A stretch of DNA of 58,068 nucleotides from Spirochaetales bacterium (GTDB lineage: Bacteria; Spirochaetota; Spirochaetia; JAFGDJ01): contig JAFGDJ010000040.1 in NCBI GenBank assembly GCA_016932135.1, positions 1 through 58,068 of the forward strand, written 5' to 3'. A program made the translations under genes and the position numbers. Shown piece by piece: positions 39,124 through 48,164 of the stretch. The stretch's first letter is position 1. Each line of letters starts with the position of its first letter. The notes beneath the pieces were generated by a model, which had not been told where the DNA came from, did not search any database, and saw only the letters and a list, made by a program, of their open reading frames with translations.

Positions 39124-39837
39124 ATGAAATACTTTCAGGCTTTTTTACTGCTTAGCCTTCTGTTTTTTGCCTCCTGTAGCATTCAACAAGAAATTTTTTT
39201 AGATGCCTCCGGGGGAGGAGAATATACAGGAACCTTCCGGGTCTCTCAGGATATGGCGGATTATCTGGAAGAATTGGCCTCCCTGACCACCAGTTCCTCG
39301 GAAGAGTTCACCCTTTTTGAAACTGACAAAATAAAGGAAGATCTGGAAAAGGATCAATCCGGGGTTCACGTCACAGCCGTTACCGTGGATGACCCGAACA
39401 CTCTCCGGGTCGCGCTGACCTTCGACAGCCTGGAAAGCCTCCTTGAATCCCAGGAAGCCCAGGCGGCAAAGATTATCCGGTTCACCGAACTGGCCGACGG
39501 TAGTAAAAAAGTTCATATTCGCCTGGATCGGGAAAATTATGAACACCTGGATGCTCTCTTTTCCGAGGAGCAAAAGATCGTAATGGATATCTTCGGTCCT
39601 AAGGAAAACGAAGGCCTCTCAGAAGAAGAATATCTGGAAATGATGTCTTATGCCCTGGGGGAGCAAGGGTCGGACCTGCTGCGAGCATCTATCATAGAAA
39701 CCCGGGTAAAAGTTAAGGGAACCCTCCTGGATCAAAAAGGAGGTGTTCGGGAAGGCGACACCGTAGTATTTCGGATTCCACTCCTACGTTTTTTACTCCT
39801 TGATGAAATCTTGGAATACCAGCTTACATTCAGGTAG
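39124..39837 (+). CDS. Hypothetical lipoprotein
   Basis: Lipobox LFFASC; acidic mature part. Confidence 0.8.
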   Translation: MKYFQAFLLLSLLFFASCSIQQEIFLDASGGGEYTGTFRVSQDMADYLEELASLTTSSSEEFTLFETDKIKEDLEKDQSGVHVTAVTVDDPNTLRVALTFDSLESLLESQEAQAAKIIRFTELADGSKKVHIRLDRENYEHLDALFSEEQKIVMDIFGPKENEGLSEEEYLEMMSYALGEQGSDLLRASIIETRVKVKGTLLDQKGGVREGDTVVFRIPLLRFLLLDEILEYQLTFR

Positions 39838-39842
39838 GAATT

Positions 39843-40190
39843 GTGAAAATACTCATAGCCGAAGATGAATACACCACCAGGAAACTCATGGAAATAAAAC
39901 TTGATCGGGCGGGAATTCAGTACGATTTCACCTCCGACGGCAAGGAAGCTCTGGAAATGTTTTCCCGGGGCGGTTACTCGGTGGTGGTTTTAGATCAGTA
40001 CATGCCCGGAATGAACGGAAACATGATAGCTCGTCATATCCGGGAGAAAAACGACCAGGTGCCCATCATCGGAATAACCAGCGATGAAACTCAGCGGGAA
40101 CAGATGTTGGAAGACGGTTTCACCGACGTATTCATCAAACCTTTAAGAAATCAGGATTATATAACCACGCTAAAGAAATTCCTGGAGTAA
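39843..40190 (+). CDS. Stand-alone response regulator receiver (CheY-like)
   Basis: ILIAED, LDQYMPGMNG, GITS, KP; GTG start. Confidence 0.92.
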   Translation: MKILIAEDEYTTRKLMEIKLDRAGIQYDFTSDGKEALEMFSRGGYSVVVLDQYMPGMNGNMIARHIREKNDQVPIIGITSDETQREQMLEDGFTDVFIKPLRNQDYITTLKKFLE

Positions 40191-40193
40191 TAT

Positions 40194-41774
40194 GTGATTT
40201 CCAAAGGTCTGTTTCCTGTTCTCGCCTTTTTGCTCCTTTTTTCTACGGTTGTCATCCCGGCGGAAGAAAGAACCACCCTGACAACAGCCTATGCCTCTAC
40301 GGAATATCAATGGGATATTATTCATTCCTATTCTTCCTTCGAAGCCCAGCTTTACACGGCGGTATACGAAGGGCTGGTCACCTACCATCCTTTCAGTTTA
40401 CAGCCGATCTCCGGAGTCGCCCGTTTTTGGGAAGTCATGCCCGACGGGAAGACCTGGCGTTTCTATCTGCGGGAAAACGCAAGATATTGGAACGGCGACA
40501 GGGTAACGGCGGCCCACTTCCGCGACGCCTGGCTTACCCTGCTGGATCCGGAGGAAAAAGCCGAATATTCTTCTCTCCTGGATGTGGTTCGCGGGGCCCT
40601 GGATTACCGGACGGGAAAGACAACGGACCCGGAAACCGTCGGCCTTCGGGTTCTTTCGGATACCCTGCTGGAGGTGGAACTGGAAGAGCCGGCGGATCAT
40701 TTTCTGAAGATTCTCTGCCACCACAGCCTGGCTCCCATTCACCCGAAGCTATTAAAACAGCGGCAATGGAACTCGAAAACGGCAATTTTGAGCAACGGGC
40801 CCTTTTATGTCCTCTCCTGGTCGGATGAGGAGATTATTCTGGGGAAGAACCTCCTTTACTGGGATGCTTCCTCGGTGGAATTGGAAAAGATCCGTATCAT
40901 GCTGACCGATGATTATGAGGAAACCACAGCCCGTTTTAACAGTGGAGAGATTCACTGGTGCGCCGGGGGCATCGACTGGGGAGCCGTGGAAAATCCCAAC
41001 AATCTGTTGTTGAACCCCATGTTTGCCACCAGTTACCTCTTTTTCTCCTGTTTGTCCCCTCCCTTTGACCGGGCGGACGTACGACGCGGCCTTGCCCTGC
41101 TGATTCCCTGGGAAGAGATTCGATCGGAGGACTATATGCTTCTTCCGACCGCCGGCCTGGTCCCTTCCATTCCGGGTTACCCGGAAGCCCAGGGAATAGA
41201 GGCTCAGAATGTGAACGAAGGTCTGGCCCTCCTTAATGCCCAGGGTTTTCCAAAAGGGCAAGGGTTGGGAGACCTGATCATCCGGGTGCCCGAAGGCGGA
41301 GACATGGAAAGAATTTCCACTCTTATCAAAGATGCCTGGGAAACTTCCCTGGACATTACCGTAGCCGTGGAATATCACAGCTACCCGTCTTATTTTGACG
41401 TTATCGAAACCCGACCTTATACCCTGGCGACTATTACCTGGATCGGCGATTTTGCCGATCCCCTGACCTTTCTGCAGATGTGGACCGGCACCAGTAACCT
41501 GAACGATTCGGGATACCGGAACGAAAATTACGACACCCTTCTCAAGGAATCCATGGGGCAGACCGGAGAAAAACGCTATGAAACGCTGGGCGTGGCGGAA
41601 GCACTCCTTTTAAGTGAAGCGGCGGTCCTTCCCTTGAGCCACTATCCGGCCTTGAACGCCCTGGAGGTATCGCTGGTCGACGGGTGGTATCCCAACCCCC
41701 TGGATATCCACCCCTTCAAGTATATAAGGTTCAATAAGCCGGAGATTCCTCCGTCGGTGGTGATGAGTCGATAA
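40194..41774 (+). CDS. Peptide ABC transporter substrate-binding protein (OppA/SBP_bac_5)
   Basis: YEGLV, PISGVARFWEV..DGKTWRFYLR...WNGDRVTA, SNGPF, WIGDFADP. Confidence 0.9.
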   Translation: MISKGLFPVLAFLLLFSTVVIPAEERTTLTTAYASTEYQWDIIHSYSSFEAQLYTAVYEGLVTYHPFSLQPISGVARFWEVMPDGKTWRFYLRENARYWNGDRVTAAHFRDAWLTLLDPEEKAEYSSLLDVVRGALDYRTGKTTDPETVGLRVLSDTLLEVELEEPADHFLKILCHHSLAPIHPKLLKQRQWNSKTAILSNGPFYVLSWSDEEIILGKNLLYWDASSVELEKIRIMLTDDYEETTARFNSGEIHWCAGGIDWGAVENPNNLLLNPMFATSYLFFSCLSPPFDRADVRRGLALLIPWEEIRSEDYMLLPTAGLVPSIPGYPEAQGIEAQNVNEGLALLNAQGFPKGQGLGDLIIRVPEGGDMERISTLIKDAWETSLDITVAVEYHSYPSYFDVIETRPYTLATITWIGDFADPLTFLQMWTGTSNLNDSGYRNENYDTLLKESMGQTGEKRYETLGVAEALLLSEAAVLPLSHYPALNALEVSLVDGWYPNPLDIHPFKYIRFNKPEIPPSVVMSR

Positions 41775-41780
41775 TACCGG

Positions 41781-43310
41781 CTATTGCTTAACGCGTTTTA
41801 CCCGCCCTTTCAATTTCACCACAAACCGGTTGTATAGCGGTGTCTGGCTTACGATCATGAACAGTATCACCAGGAACAGGATGAGAGCCACGGGCCGCGT
41901 GAATACCGGTAGAAAACTTCCTTTCGAAACCATCAAAGCCCGGCGCAGATTGCTGTCGCACATGCCTCCGAGAATGACCCCAATTACCAGGGGCGCAATG
42001 GGATATTTCATCTCCGTCAGGAAATACGCGATAATTCCCACCGGGAGCATGAGGTACAAATTAAAGATATCCGTTCCCAGGGCGTAGGACCCGATAATAC
42101 AGAGCACCCCGATAACCGGCATAAACAGACTGGTGGGTATTCTCAGAACCTTGATCACCTGTTTGGCCAGGAAAATACCGCAGATCCACATGGCGAAGGA
42201 AGCTAAAAGAAGAATAGCCGTAACCTGAAGGTAGAAACCCGGATGATCAATGTTCAGCATGGGCCCGGGGTTGAAACCGTGCAGAAGCAGGGCGCCCAAA
42301 AGCATTGCCGCCGGAGGGCTTCCCGGAACCCCCAGGCTCAGCAGTGGAATCATCGCGCCGCCAATACAGGCGTTGTTCGCCGTTTCCGTGGCTACAACGG
42401 CTTCTTCGACCCCGGTACCGAACTTATCGCCGTCCTTGCTGAACCGCTTAGCGGCGCCGTAGGAGACCCATCCGGCGATATCCTCACCGATGCCCGGCAC
42501 CGCGCCGATGCCGACCCCGATAAGAGCCGACCGAATTATCTTCGGGGTATATCGGAAGATCTTCTTAAACCCGGGAACGATCCGGTCAACCTGGGCCATT
42601 TCACCGAATTTAAAATTATCCCGCAGGGTCTGGATAATCTGCGGGATCCCGAAAGCGCCGATCAGTACCGGGACCAGGTCAAGACCGCTGTCGAGCTGAC
42701 TGAATCCGAAGGTAAAGCGGGGATAATTCTGCAGCTTGTCACGGCCGATGGTGGCCATCCACAAACCGATAAGCCCCGCGATCCACCCCTTTATAACCAG
42801 GTCCGGGCTTGTAAGGGTTCCGCTGATGACAATGCCCACAAAGGCAAGAAGAAAGAACTCAAAAGATGTAAACTCCAGGGCCATCTTGGAAATGATGGGG
42901 GAAAAGGATACGACAAACAGCATGCCGATAAATGTTCCGATGGCTGAAGCGGTGGTGGTTAACCCCAGGGCTACTCCGGCCTGCCCTTTCTTCGCCATGG
43001 GGTAGCCGTCCATGGCCGTGGCTGCTGCCGCCGCCGTACCGGGAATATTCACCAGAATGGCCGTGTACGAGCCACCGTACACTCCTCCCACATAGATCCC
43101 CAGGAGAGCCACCATGGCGGTGGCGGGACTCATTCCATAGGTCAGGGTTGTCAGCAGGGCAACTCCCAAGGTCGCGGTGAGACCGGGGATAGCCCCGAAA
43201 ATAATGCCCATGATAACGGAGGCAAAAAGAAGAACTAAAGCCCCCGGATTTGTAACCAGGGCGGCAAGTTCCAGGATAAATTGTTGTAATGCTTCAAGGG
43301 CGAAGGACAT
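41781..43310 (-). CDS. tctA: Tripartite tricarboxylate transporter large subunit
   Basis: GAIPGL, YGGSYTAILVNIPGT, DGYPM, ETANNA, PLLSLGVPGS; SD AGGAGG before ATG43310. Confidence 0.94.
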   Translation of the reverse strand: MSFALEALQQFILELAALVTNPGALVLLFASVIMGIIFGAIPGLTATLGVALLTTLTYGMSPATAMVALLGIYVGGVYGGSYTAILVNIPGTAAAAATAMDGYPMAKKGQAGVALGLTTTASAIGTFIGMLFVVSFSPIISKMALEFTSFEFFLLAFVGIVISGTLTSPDLVIKGWIAGLIGLWMATIGRDKLQNYPRFTFGFSQLDSGLDLVPVLIGAFGIPQIIQTLRDNFKFGEMAQVDRIVPGFKKIFRYTPKIIRSALIGVGIGAVPGIGEDIAGWVSYGAAKRFSKDGDKFGTGVEEAVVATETANNACIGGAMIPLLSLGVPGSPPAAMLLGALLLHGFNPGPMLNIDHPGFYLQVTAILLLASFAMWICGIFLAKQVIKVLRIPTSLFMPVIGVLCIIGSYALGTDIFNLYLMLPVGIIAYFLTEMKYPIAPLVIGVILGGMCDSNLRRALMVSKGSFLPVFTRPVALILFLVILFMIVSQTPLYNRFVVKLKGRVKRVKQ

Positions 43311-43318
43311 ACCACCTC

Positions 43319-44071
43319 CTAATATTTCAGCGAGTAATACAGGTAATTCATCTGCCCGATAAGAAGCCCTTCCTTGGGCAGAGGAACAAGCAGGGCGTAC
43401 CTGAAAACGGGGCAGAGGAATAAGGGTGTCAGTACCGCTACGAACAGGACAGTACGTAATTTTTTCAGCGGCACATTTTCCCGCTTCATTACTTTTCGGG
43501 CCTGCATATACAGGAACACCAGGAACAGCAACGCCATAAAATCCATGGAATAGACATACAGGCCGTTCAGAAGGCGGGCCAGGGGGCTGATGTAAAAAAG
43601 CACCAGAACAGCGCATTCCAGGATATATACAAAGGTTACCCGCGTAAAAACCCTTTTATTTTCAGCATAAAAAACCGTGCACACAAAAGAAAGAAAGAAC
43701 ATGATACTGATCATGAAGTCGATCCGGGGAATGAAGAGATACACAAAGGTGATAAGAGACAGGAATACGACCATGGTCCGGACGGTCCGCTCATCCAAGC
43801 GGGACCCTGTTTTTCGCTTCGCCGCCGCTAAAAGGCTCGCAAGGCCACCCTGCCTGACCGCTGTTCCCATTAAAAGAACTCCCAGTAGAATAACACCTCC
43901 GCCGATGAACAGGGGGAACAGGGCCGGAGCCACATACCAATGGGTTTCCACCCCACCGTAACTGGCCTTCATCGGCATGCCGGTTGAAACCAGAATAACG
44001 AAAACACCGAACAGAATGAGAATAATCGACGTTATAAAATCCGATCTGCGCAAACTCGCTTTTTCATCCAT
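43319..44071 (-). CDS. tctB: Tripartite tricarboxylate transporter small subunit (unusually long)
   Basis: Lies between tctC and tctA; APALFP and F...LLVPLP motifs; about 7 hydrophobic segments. Confidence 0.8.
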   Translation of the reverse strand: MDEKASLRRSDFITSIILILFGVFVILVSTGMPMKASYGGVETHWYVAPALFPLFIGGGVILLGVLLMGTAVRQGGLASLLAAAKRKTGSRLDERTVRTMVVFLSLITFVYLFIPRIDFMISIMFFLSFVCTVFYAENKRVFTRVTFVYILECAVLVLFYISPLARLLNGLYVYSMDFMALLFLVFLYMQARKVMKRENVPLKKLRTVLFVAVLTPLFLCPVFRYALLVPLPKEGLLIGQMNYLYYSLKY

Positions 44072-44091
44072 ACACAATACCCTTTTCAATG

Positions 44092-44119
44092 AAGGGACCG
44101 GCCTTTCGGCAGGTCCCTT
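44092..44119 (-). terminator. Intergenic stem-loop after tctC (mRNA stabiliser or partial terminator)
   Basis: Minus strand AAGGGACC-T-GCC-GAAA-GGC-C-GGTCCCTT; GNRA loop; no strong U-tract. Confidence 0.6.
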
Positions 44120-44154
44120 GGATGCATCCGAAAAAAGACTTTCCTAAGTCGTCC

Positions 44155-45174
44155 TTACGGCCGGGGAATATTCAGATCCGCCGGGTCCACATCAGCGGCG
44201 CCCAGTTCCCAGAGAGTCCAGGCAAAGTTGGATTCCAGCGAAGCGAAAATCTCGTTCGCCTCGGGTCCGCGCTTCCCGGAGAGGACATAATACTTTTCCT
44301 TGCCGAAATCCAGGACCGCCTGGGATTTCATAGCCTTGTCGAAAGCCTGATAGAGCACTTCTTTCCTTTCCTGCGGGGTATCGGCGGCTACGGCAAAACC
44401 AATGGACTGCGGCAGCGGCAGGTAGTCGCTCAAGGACGGATAGGTTTTGAAGGCCGAAGGAATAACCGTTCCGGCCAGGTCAAAGGAATCGGGAATCAGC
44501 ATGCCCAGGGGCTTCAGTTTACCGCCGCGGATCAGTTCGGCCTGTTCAGCCACGGAGGTAATGATAACGGTAATTTCCCCTGTCATGGCGGCGTTCTGGG
44601 CCGGTGCGGAGCCATCATAGGGGATAAAGCTGAAATCGGCACCGGAGCCGTTTTCCAGGGCCAGAAGGTTCAAGTGATGAATCGAGCCGGACCCGCTGGC
44701 ACCGGCCAGGATGGTTCCCGGGTTGGCTTTCGCGTCTTCTATAAGATCCTGGATGGTGTTGTAGGGGGCGTTCGGGGTTACCGAAACCACATCGGGTGAG
44801 CCGCCGATGATAAAGAAGTCCCATACATTCATCCTGTTGCTCCAGGCGCCCTTGACGCCGGCGGTCACATTGGATTCCGACAAGCCGCAGATTGTGTAGC
44901 CGTCATGGGGGGCGCTGTAGGCGTAGGTCATGCCGACGGAACCGGAAGCGCCGCCGGTTTTGTTTATCACGTTTATGTTGACGCCCAGTTCCTTGGCCAT
45001 CTCCGCCATGACGATACGGTTACACACATCGGTGCCGCCACCGGCGCCCCACACCACCACCGTGGTAATGTCCCTTTCGGGATACGGGACTTCCACCCCT
45101 TCCGCCTGACCACCGGCAAAAGCCAGGGCTGCCAAAACGGACACCATCAGTACCGTTAACATCAGTTTTCTCAT
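44155..45174 (-). CDS. tctC: Tripartite tricarboxylate transporter substrate-binding protein (Bug/TctC)
   Basis: Signal peptide AFA-GGQ; YPERDITTVVVWGAGGGTD, NKTGGASGSVG, DGYT, IPYDGSAP; SD AAGGAG. Confidence 0.93.
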   Translation of the reverse strand: MRKLMLTVLMVSVLAALAFAGGQAEGVEVPYPERDITTVVVWGAGGGTDVCNRIVMAEMAKELGVNINVINKTGGASGSVGMTYAYSAPHDGYTICGLSESNVTAGVKGAWSNRMNVWDFFIIGGSPDVVSVTPNAPYNTIQDLIEDAKANPGTILAGASGSGSIHHLNLLALENGSGADFSFIPYDGSAPAQNAAMTGEITVIITSVAEQAELIRGGKLKPLGMLIPDSFDLAGTVIPSAFKTYPSLSDYLPLPQSIGFAVAADTPQERKEVLYQAFDKAMKSQAVLDFGKEKYYVLSGKRGPEANEIFASLESNFAWTLWELGAADVDPADLNIPRP

Positions 45175-45247
45175 CGCTCTCTCCTTAGAATCGATAATAT
45201 CGTTCATGAGGTCGACCGTATACAGGGTAACGGCCGCCTCATAATAC

Positions 45248-46225
45248 CTAGTACTTCAGCACCTCGGGATTAAGACAATCGGGAGGCCTTTCGCCCCTCA
45301 GCATGGCCCGTATATTTTCAGCCGCCTTCAACGCCATACCCTTTCTCGCCGAGCCGGTAGCCGACGCGGTGTGAGGTGTCAGCACGACATTGGTCAGGCC
45401 ACGTAAATCGGGTTCTATATCGGGTTCCCTTTCATACACATCGATACCGGCTCCGGCAATCAACCCTTTCTTCAGGGCTTCGGCCAGCTCTTTCTCCTTC
45501 ACCACCGGACCCCGGGAGGTATTGATGAGGTAAGCCGTCCTTTTCATTTTTCCGAACTCTTCCAGGCCGAACAATCCGGTGGTCTCGGGCAGCAGAGGAA
45601 CATGGATGCTGATAAAATCGGAACCCGCAAGAAGCTCCTCGAAGGAAACCTTCCGGGCTCCCAGGGTTTCTTCCAGGGCGGTATTCTTCCTGGTGTCCCA
45701 GTAGAGGACCGGCATGTCAAAACCCCGGGACATAAGAGCCATGGCGGCTCCGATTCTTCCCGCTCCGACAATACCCAGGGTCCTTCCTGATACATCACCG
45801 CCGATAAACTGCAGGGGTCCCCAGCCGGGCCACCGGCCGGAACGGGCAACAGCATCGGATTCAACGACCCGCCGGGCTGCGGCGAAAAGGAGCGCCCAGG
45901 CCATCTCGGCGGTGGCCTTGGTGAGGACGTCCGGGGTATTCGAGACCGGAATGCCCCGCCGGGTAGCCTCCTGAACGTCCAGATTGTTGTACCCCACCGC
46001 GAAATTGGCAAATCCCTTCACCTCCGGGGCAGCCTCAAAGACTTCCGCGTCGATGGTTTCAGTCACCAGGCAAATGACTCCGTCCTTTCCCCGGATGCTC
46101 GTAAGAAACTCTTCCCGCGTTAAGGCCCGGTCTTCCGGATTCACTTCCACATCAAACTCCGGAGTGAGAAAATCGATCCCCTCACGGGGTATCTGCCTGG
46201 TCACATAGACCGATTTTTTTCTCAT
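45248..46225 (-). CDS. D-2-hydroxyacid dehydrogenase, glyoxylate/hydroxypyruvate reductase type
   Basis: AVGYNN, NTPDVL, GAGRIG, INTSRG, DVYEREP, TPHTASA (Arg-Glu-His triad). Confidence 0.92.
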   Translation of the reverse strand: MRKKSVYVTRQIPREGIDFLTPEFDVEVNPEDRALTREEFLTSIRGKDGVICLVTETIDAEVFEAAPEVKGFANFAVGYNNLDVQEATRRGIPVSNTPDVLTKATAEMAWALLFAAARRVVESDAVARSGRWPGWGPLQFIGGDVSGRTLGIVGAGRIGAAMALMSRGFDMPVLYWDTRKNTALEETLGARKVSFEELLAGSDFISIHVPLLPETTGLFGLEEFGKMKRTAYLINTSRGPVVKEKELAEALKKGLIAGAGIDVYEREPDIEPDLRGLTNVVLTPHTASATGSARKGMALKAAENIRAMLRGERPPDCLNPEVLKY

Positions 46226-47211
46226 GTTTTTATCCGAACAGGAAAAAATAACTGTTCTTCCAGGAACTTCCAGGTGGCTGAAAAATCCGCGCCGGAAATA
46301 AGACCCTTAAACGTGTCTCTGTCGAGACAAAGAAGCCTGTCCCAAAGCTTCTCCGTCCAGCGAGCGTTGGCGTTAAAGGTTTCCACGATATCCTGCCGGG
46401 TGGGAGATGTATCGGAGGTCAGGTAATCGGCGTAGTTGAATTCCTGCAGGTAGAACAGAAATTCCACGTAATCGATGAAATGCTTTGTGGCCACCATATA
46501 ATCCCAGTCCCACTGGCCGTCGTTATCGTTGATATGGATATAGTAGGGATACGGACTGGCCTCCAGCAGACAGAGGGCTTCCGCGGGATTTTCTCCTCCG
46601 TATACGGAATGGCCGAAATCCAGGGTAACCCCGAGGGCTGTATTGCCCAGTTCGTTCAGAAGACACAAGGTCTTGGCCGCCGAATCGATGAAGCACTTTC
46701 CCCGAATTTCATTCGGCTTGTACTCGATAAAAAGCGGGATCTCCCGCCGGTATTCGCCCGCTTCTCCGAAGGCTTCCACCAAGCGTTTCCAGGAAGTGAT
46801 GTAATCATTCTGAAAACTGTATTCGTAACCGTCGCCTAGGGGACAGCATTGTACTTTATCAGCCCCGACGGAGGCGGCGTAGTCCTTGGCAGCCTTCACC
46901 ATGTCAACGGCCTTCCTTCTGATATCGGTATCCGGGTTGGTAACACTGCCCAGGGTGAAATCCATGTCTTTTTTAATGTTCACGTTAATGGCAGCCACTG
47001 ATAGACCGTACCGGGAAAGCAGGTCCTTGAGCACCTCCGGTTCAGGCACTTCGTAAGGATACACGAGCTCAACCCCGTTTATTCCTTCCATCCGGGCCAT
47101 GGTCCGGAACTTATGCTCCAGGTCCGCAGCCTGTTGATAGGTCCGGAACCTGTCCGCCGTCTGTCCGAGAAAACCGGTTATTATGGCGTGTTTTAATCGG
47201 TAATCCTTCAT
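46222..47211 (-). CDS. Xylose-isomerase-like TIM-barrel sugar isomerase
   Basis: IEYKPNE (cf. xylose isomerase EPKPNE), TLDFGH, IHIND, WDWD, TSDTSP metal-site motifs. Confidence 0.85.
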   Translation of the reverse strand: MKDYRLKHAIITGFLGQTADRFRTYQQAADLEHKFRTMARMEGINGVELVYPYEVPEPEVLKDLLSRYGLSVAAINVNIKKDMDFTLGSVTNPDTDIRRKAVDMVKAAKDYAASVGADKVQCCPLGDGYEYSFQNDYITSWKRLVEAFGEAGEYRREIPLFIEYKPNEIRGKCFIDSAAKTLCLLNELGNTALGVTLDFGHSVYGGENPAEALCLLEASPYPYYIHINDNDGQWDWDYMVATKHFIDYVEFLFYLQEFNYADYLTSDTSPTRQDIVETFNANARWTEKLWDRLLCLDRDTFKGLISGADFSATWKFLEEQLFFPVRIKT

Positions 47212-48164
47212 AGGGTCTCCTTTCTTTCCAGAAGCTGTAAAGCGCGGCTGACAATGGTTGAGCAGGAAATACCATACTTTTGAATGACCCTGGGATAATC
47301 TCCGCTCTCGGCAAAGGTGTCGTCCAAACCCAGGTTATCGAAGGGCACCGGGCAGTTCTTGAGAAGCCATGCTGCGATTTCGTATCCCAAACCGTTTCGC
47401 CTCTGATGGTTCTCCGCCACCAGAACGGCCCCGGTTTTTCGCGCCGAGGCGAGAACCCCGTCAGCATCGAAGGGCTTCAATGAATACATGTCCAGGACCT
47501 CGGCCTCCACCCCTCTAGCCGCGAGGCTCTCCGCCGCTTCGAGGGCCTGGAACAGAATATCGCCGTAACTTACAATGGTGATATTCTTTCCCTCTCTCAG
47601 ACAGTGACTGCCGCCGCACTTGAAGGTTTCACTGCCGGAATACACTTCGAAAAGCGGATCCCGCATAAGCCTGGTATACACAGGACCGGGGGTACCCATG
47701 GCCAGGTCAAAAACGGACCGGGCGGCATGGCTGTCCGCCGGGCAAAAAACCTTCATATTCGGCAGGGTCGTCAGAATTGCGATATCTTCAGTCGCCTGAT
47801 GGGTAACTCCATCTATGGCCGCTGTAAGCCCACCGTGAGACGCAAGAAATTTTACATTCAGGTTAGGGTAACAAATAAAACTCCGGATCATTTCCAGGGC
47901 CCGCATGGACAGGAAGACACCATAGGTACAGACCACCACGGTCCTGCCGTCCGAAGCCATGCCGGCCGCGGAAGCCGCTTCGTTCTGCTCCGCGATGCCC
48001 ATGTTGAAATACCGTTTCGGAAAAGCATCACCAAAGAGGTGGCTGTAGGTTGAATACCCGATATCGGCTTCAAAGACGACAAAATCGCCGTCGATGCTGC
48101 CGTATTCCTTCATTCTTTCCGCGAAGGCCCGGCGGGTGGGTTTCTTTGCTTTCTCCAGTTGCAT
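47208..48164 (-). CDS. Transketolase C-terminal (pyrimidine-binding and C-domain) subunit
   Basis: TRRAF, EADI, FNMGIAEQN, DGVTHQ, GPVYTRLMR, ENH; TAATG coupling with the N-subunit. Confidence 0.93.
   Translation of the reverse strand: MQLEKAKKPTRRAFAERMKEYGSIDGDFVVFEADIGYSTYSHLFGDAFPKRYFNMGIAEQNEAASAAGMASDGRTVVVCTYGVFLSMRALEMIRSFICYPNLNVKFLASHGGLTAAIDGVTHQATEDIAILTTLPNMKVFCPADSHAARSVFDLAMGTPGPVYTRLMRDPLFEVYSGSETFKCGGSHCLREGKNITIVSYGDILFQALEAAESLAARGVEAEVLDMYSLKPFDADGVLASARKTGAVLVAENHQRRNGLGYEIAAWLLKNCPVPFDNLGLDDTFAESGDYPRVIQKYGISCSTIVSRALQLLERKETL

Noticed and set aside
43311-43616. Long N-terminal extension of tctA, and similar extensions on tktC, leuS, the small SLT, carD and fusA
   Set aside because: Downstream starts have an SD, translational coupling or promoter geometry, and match family N-termini.
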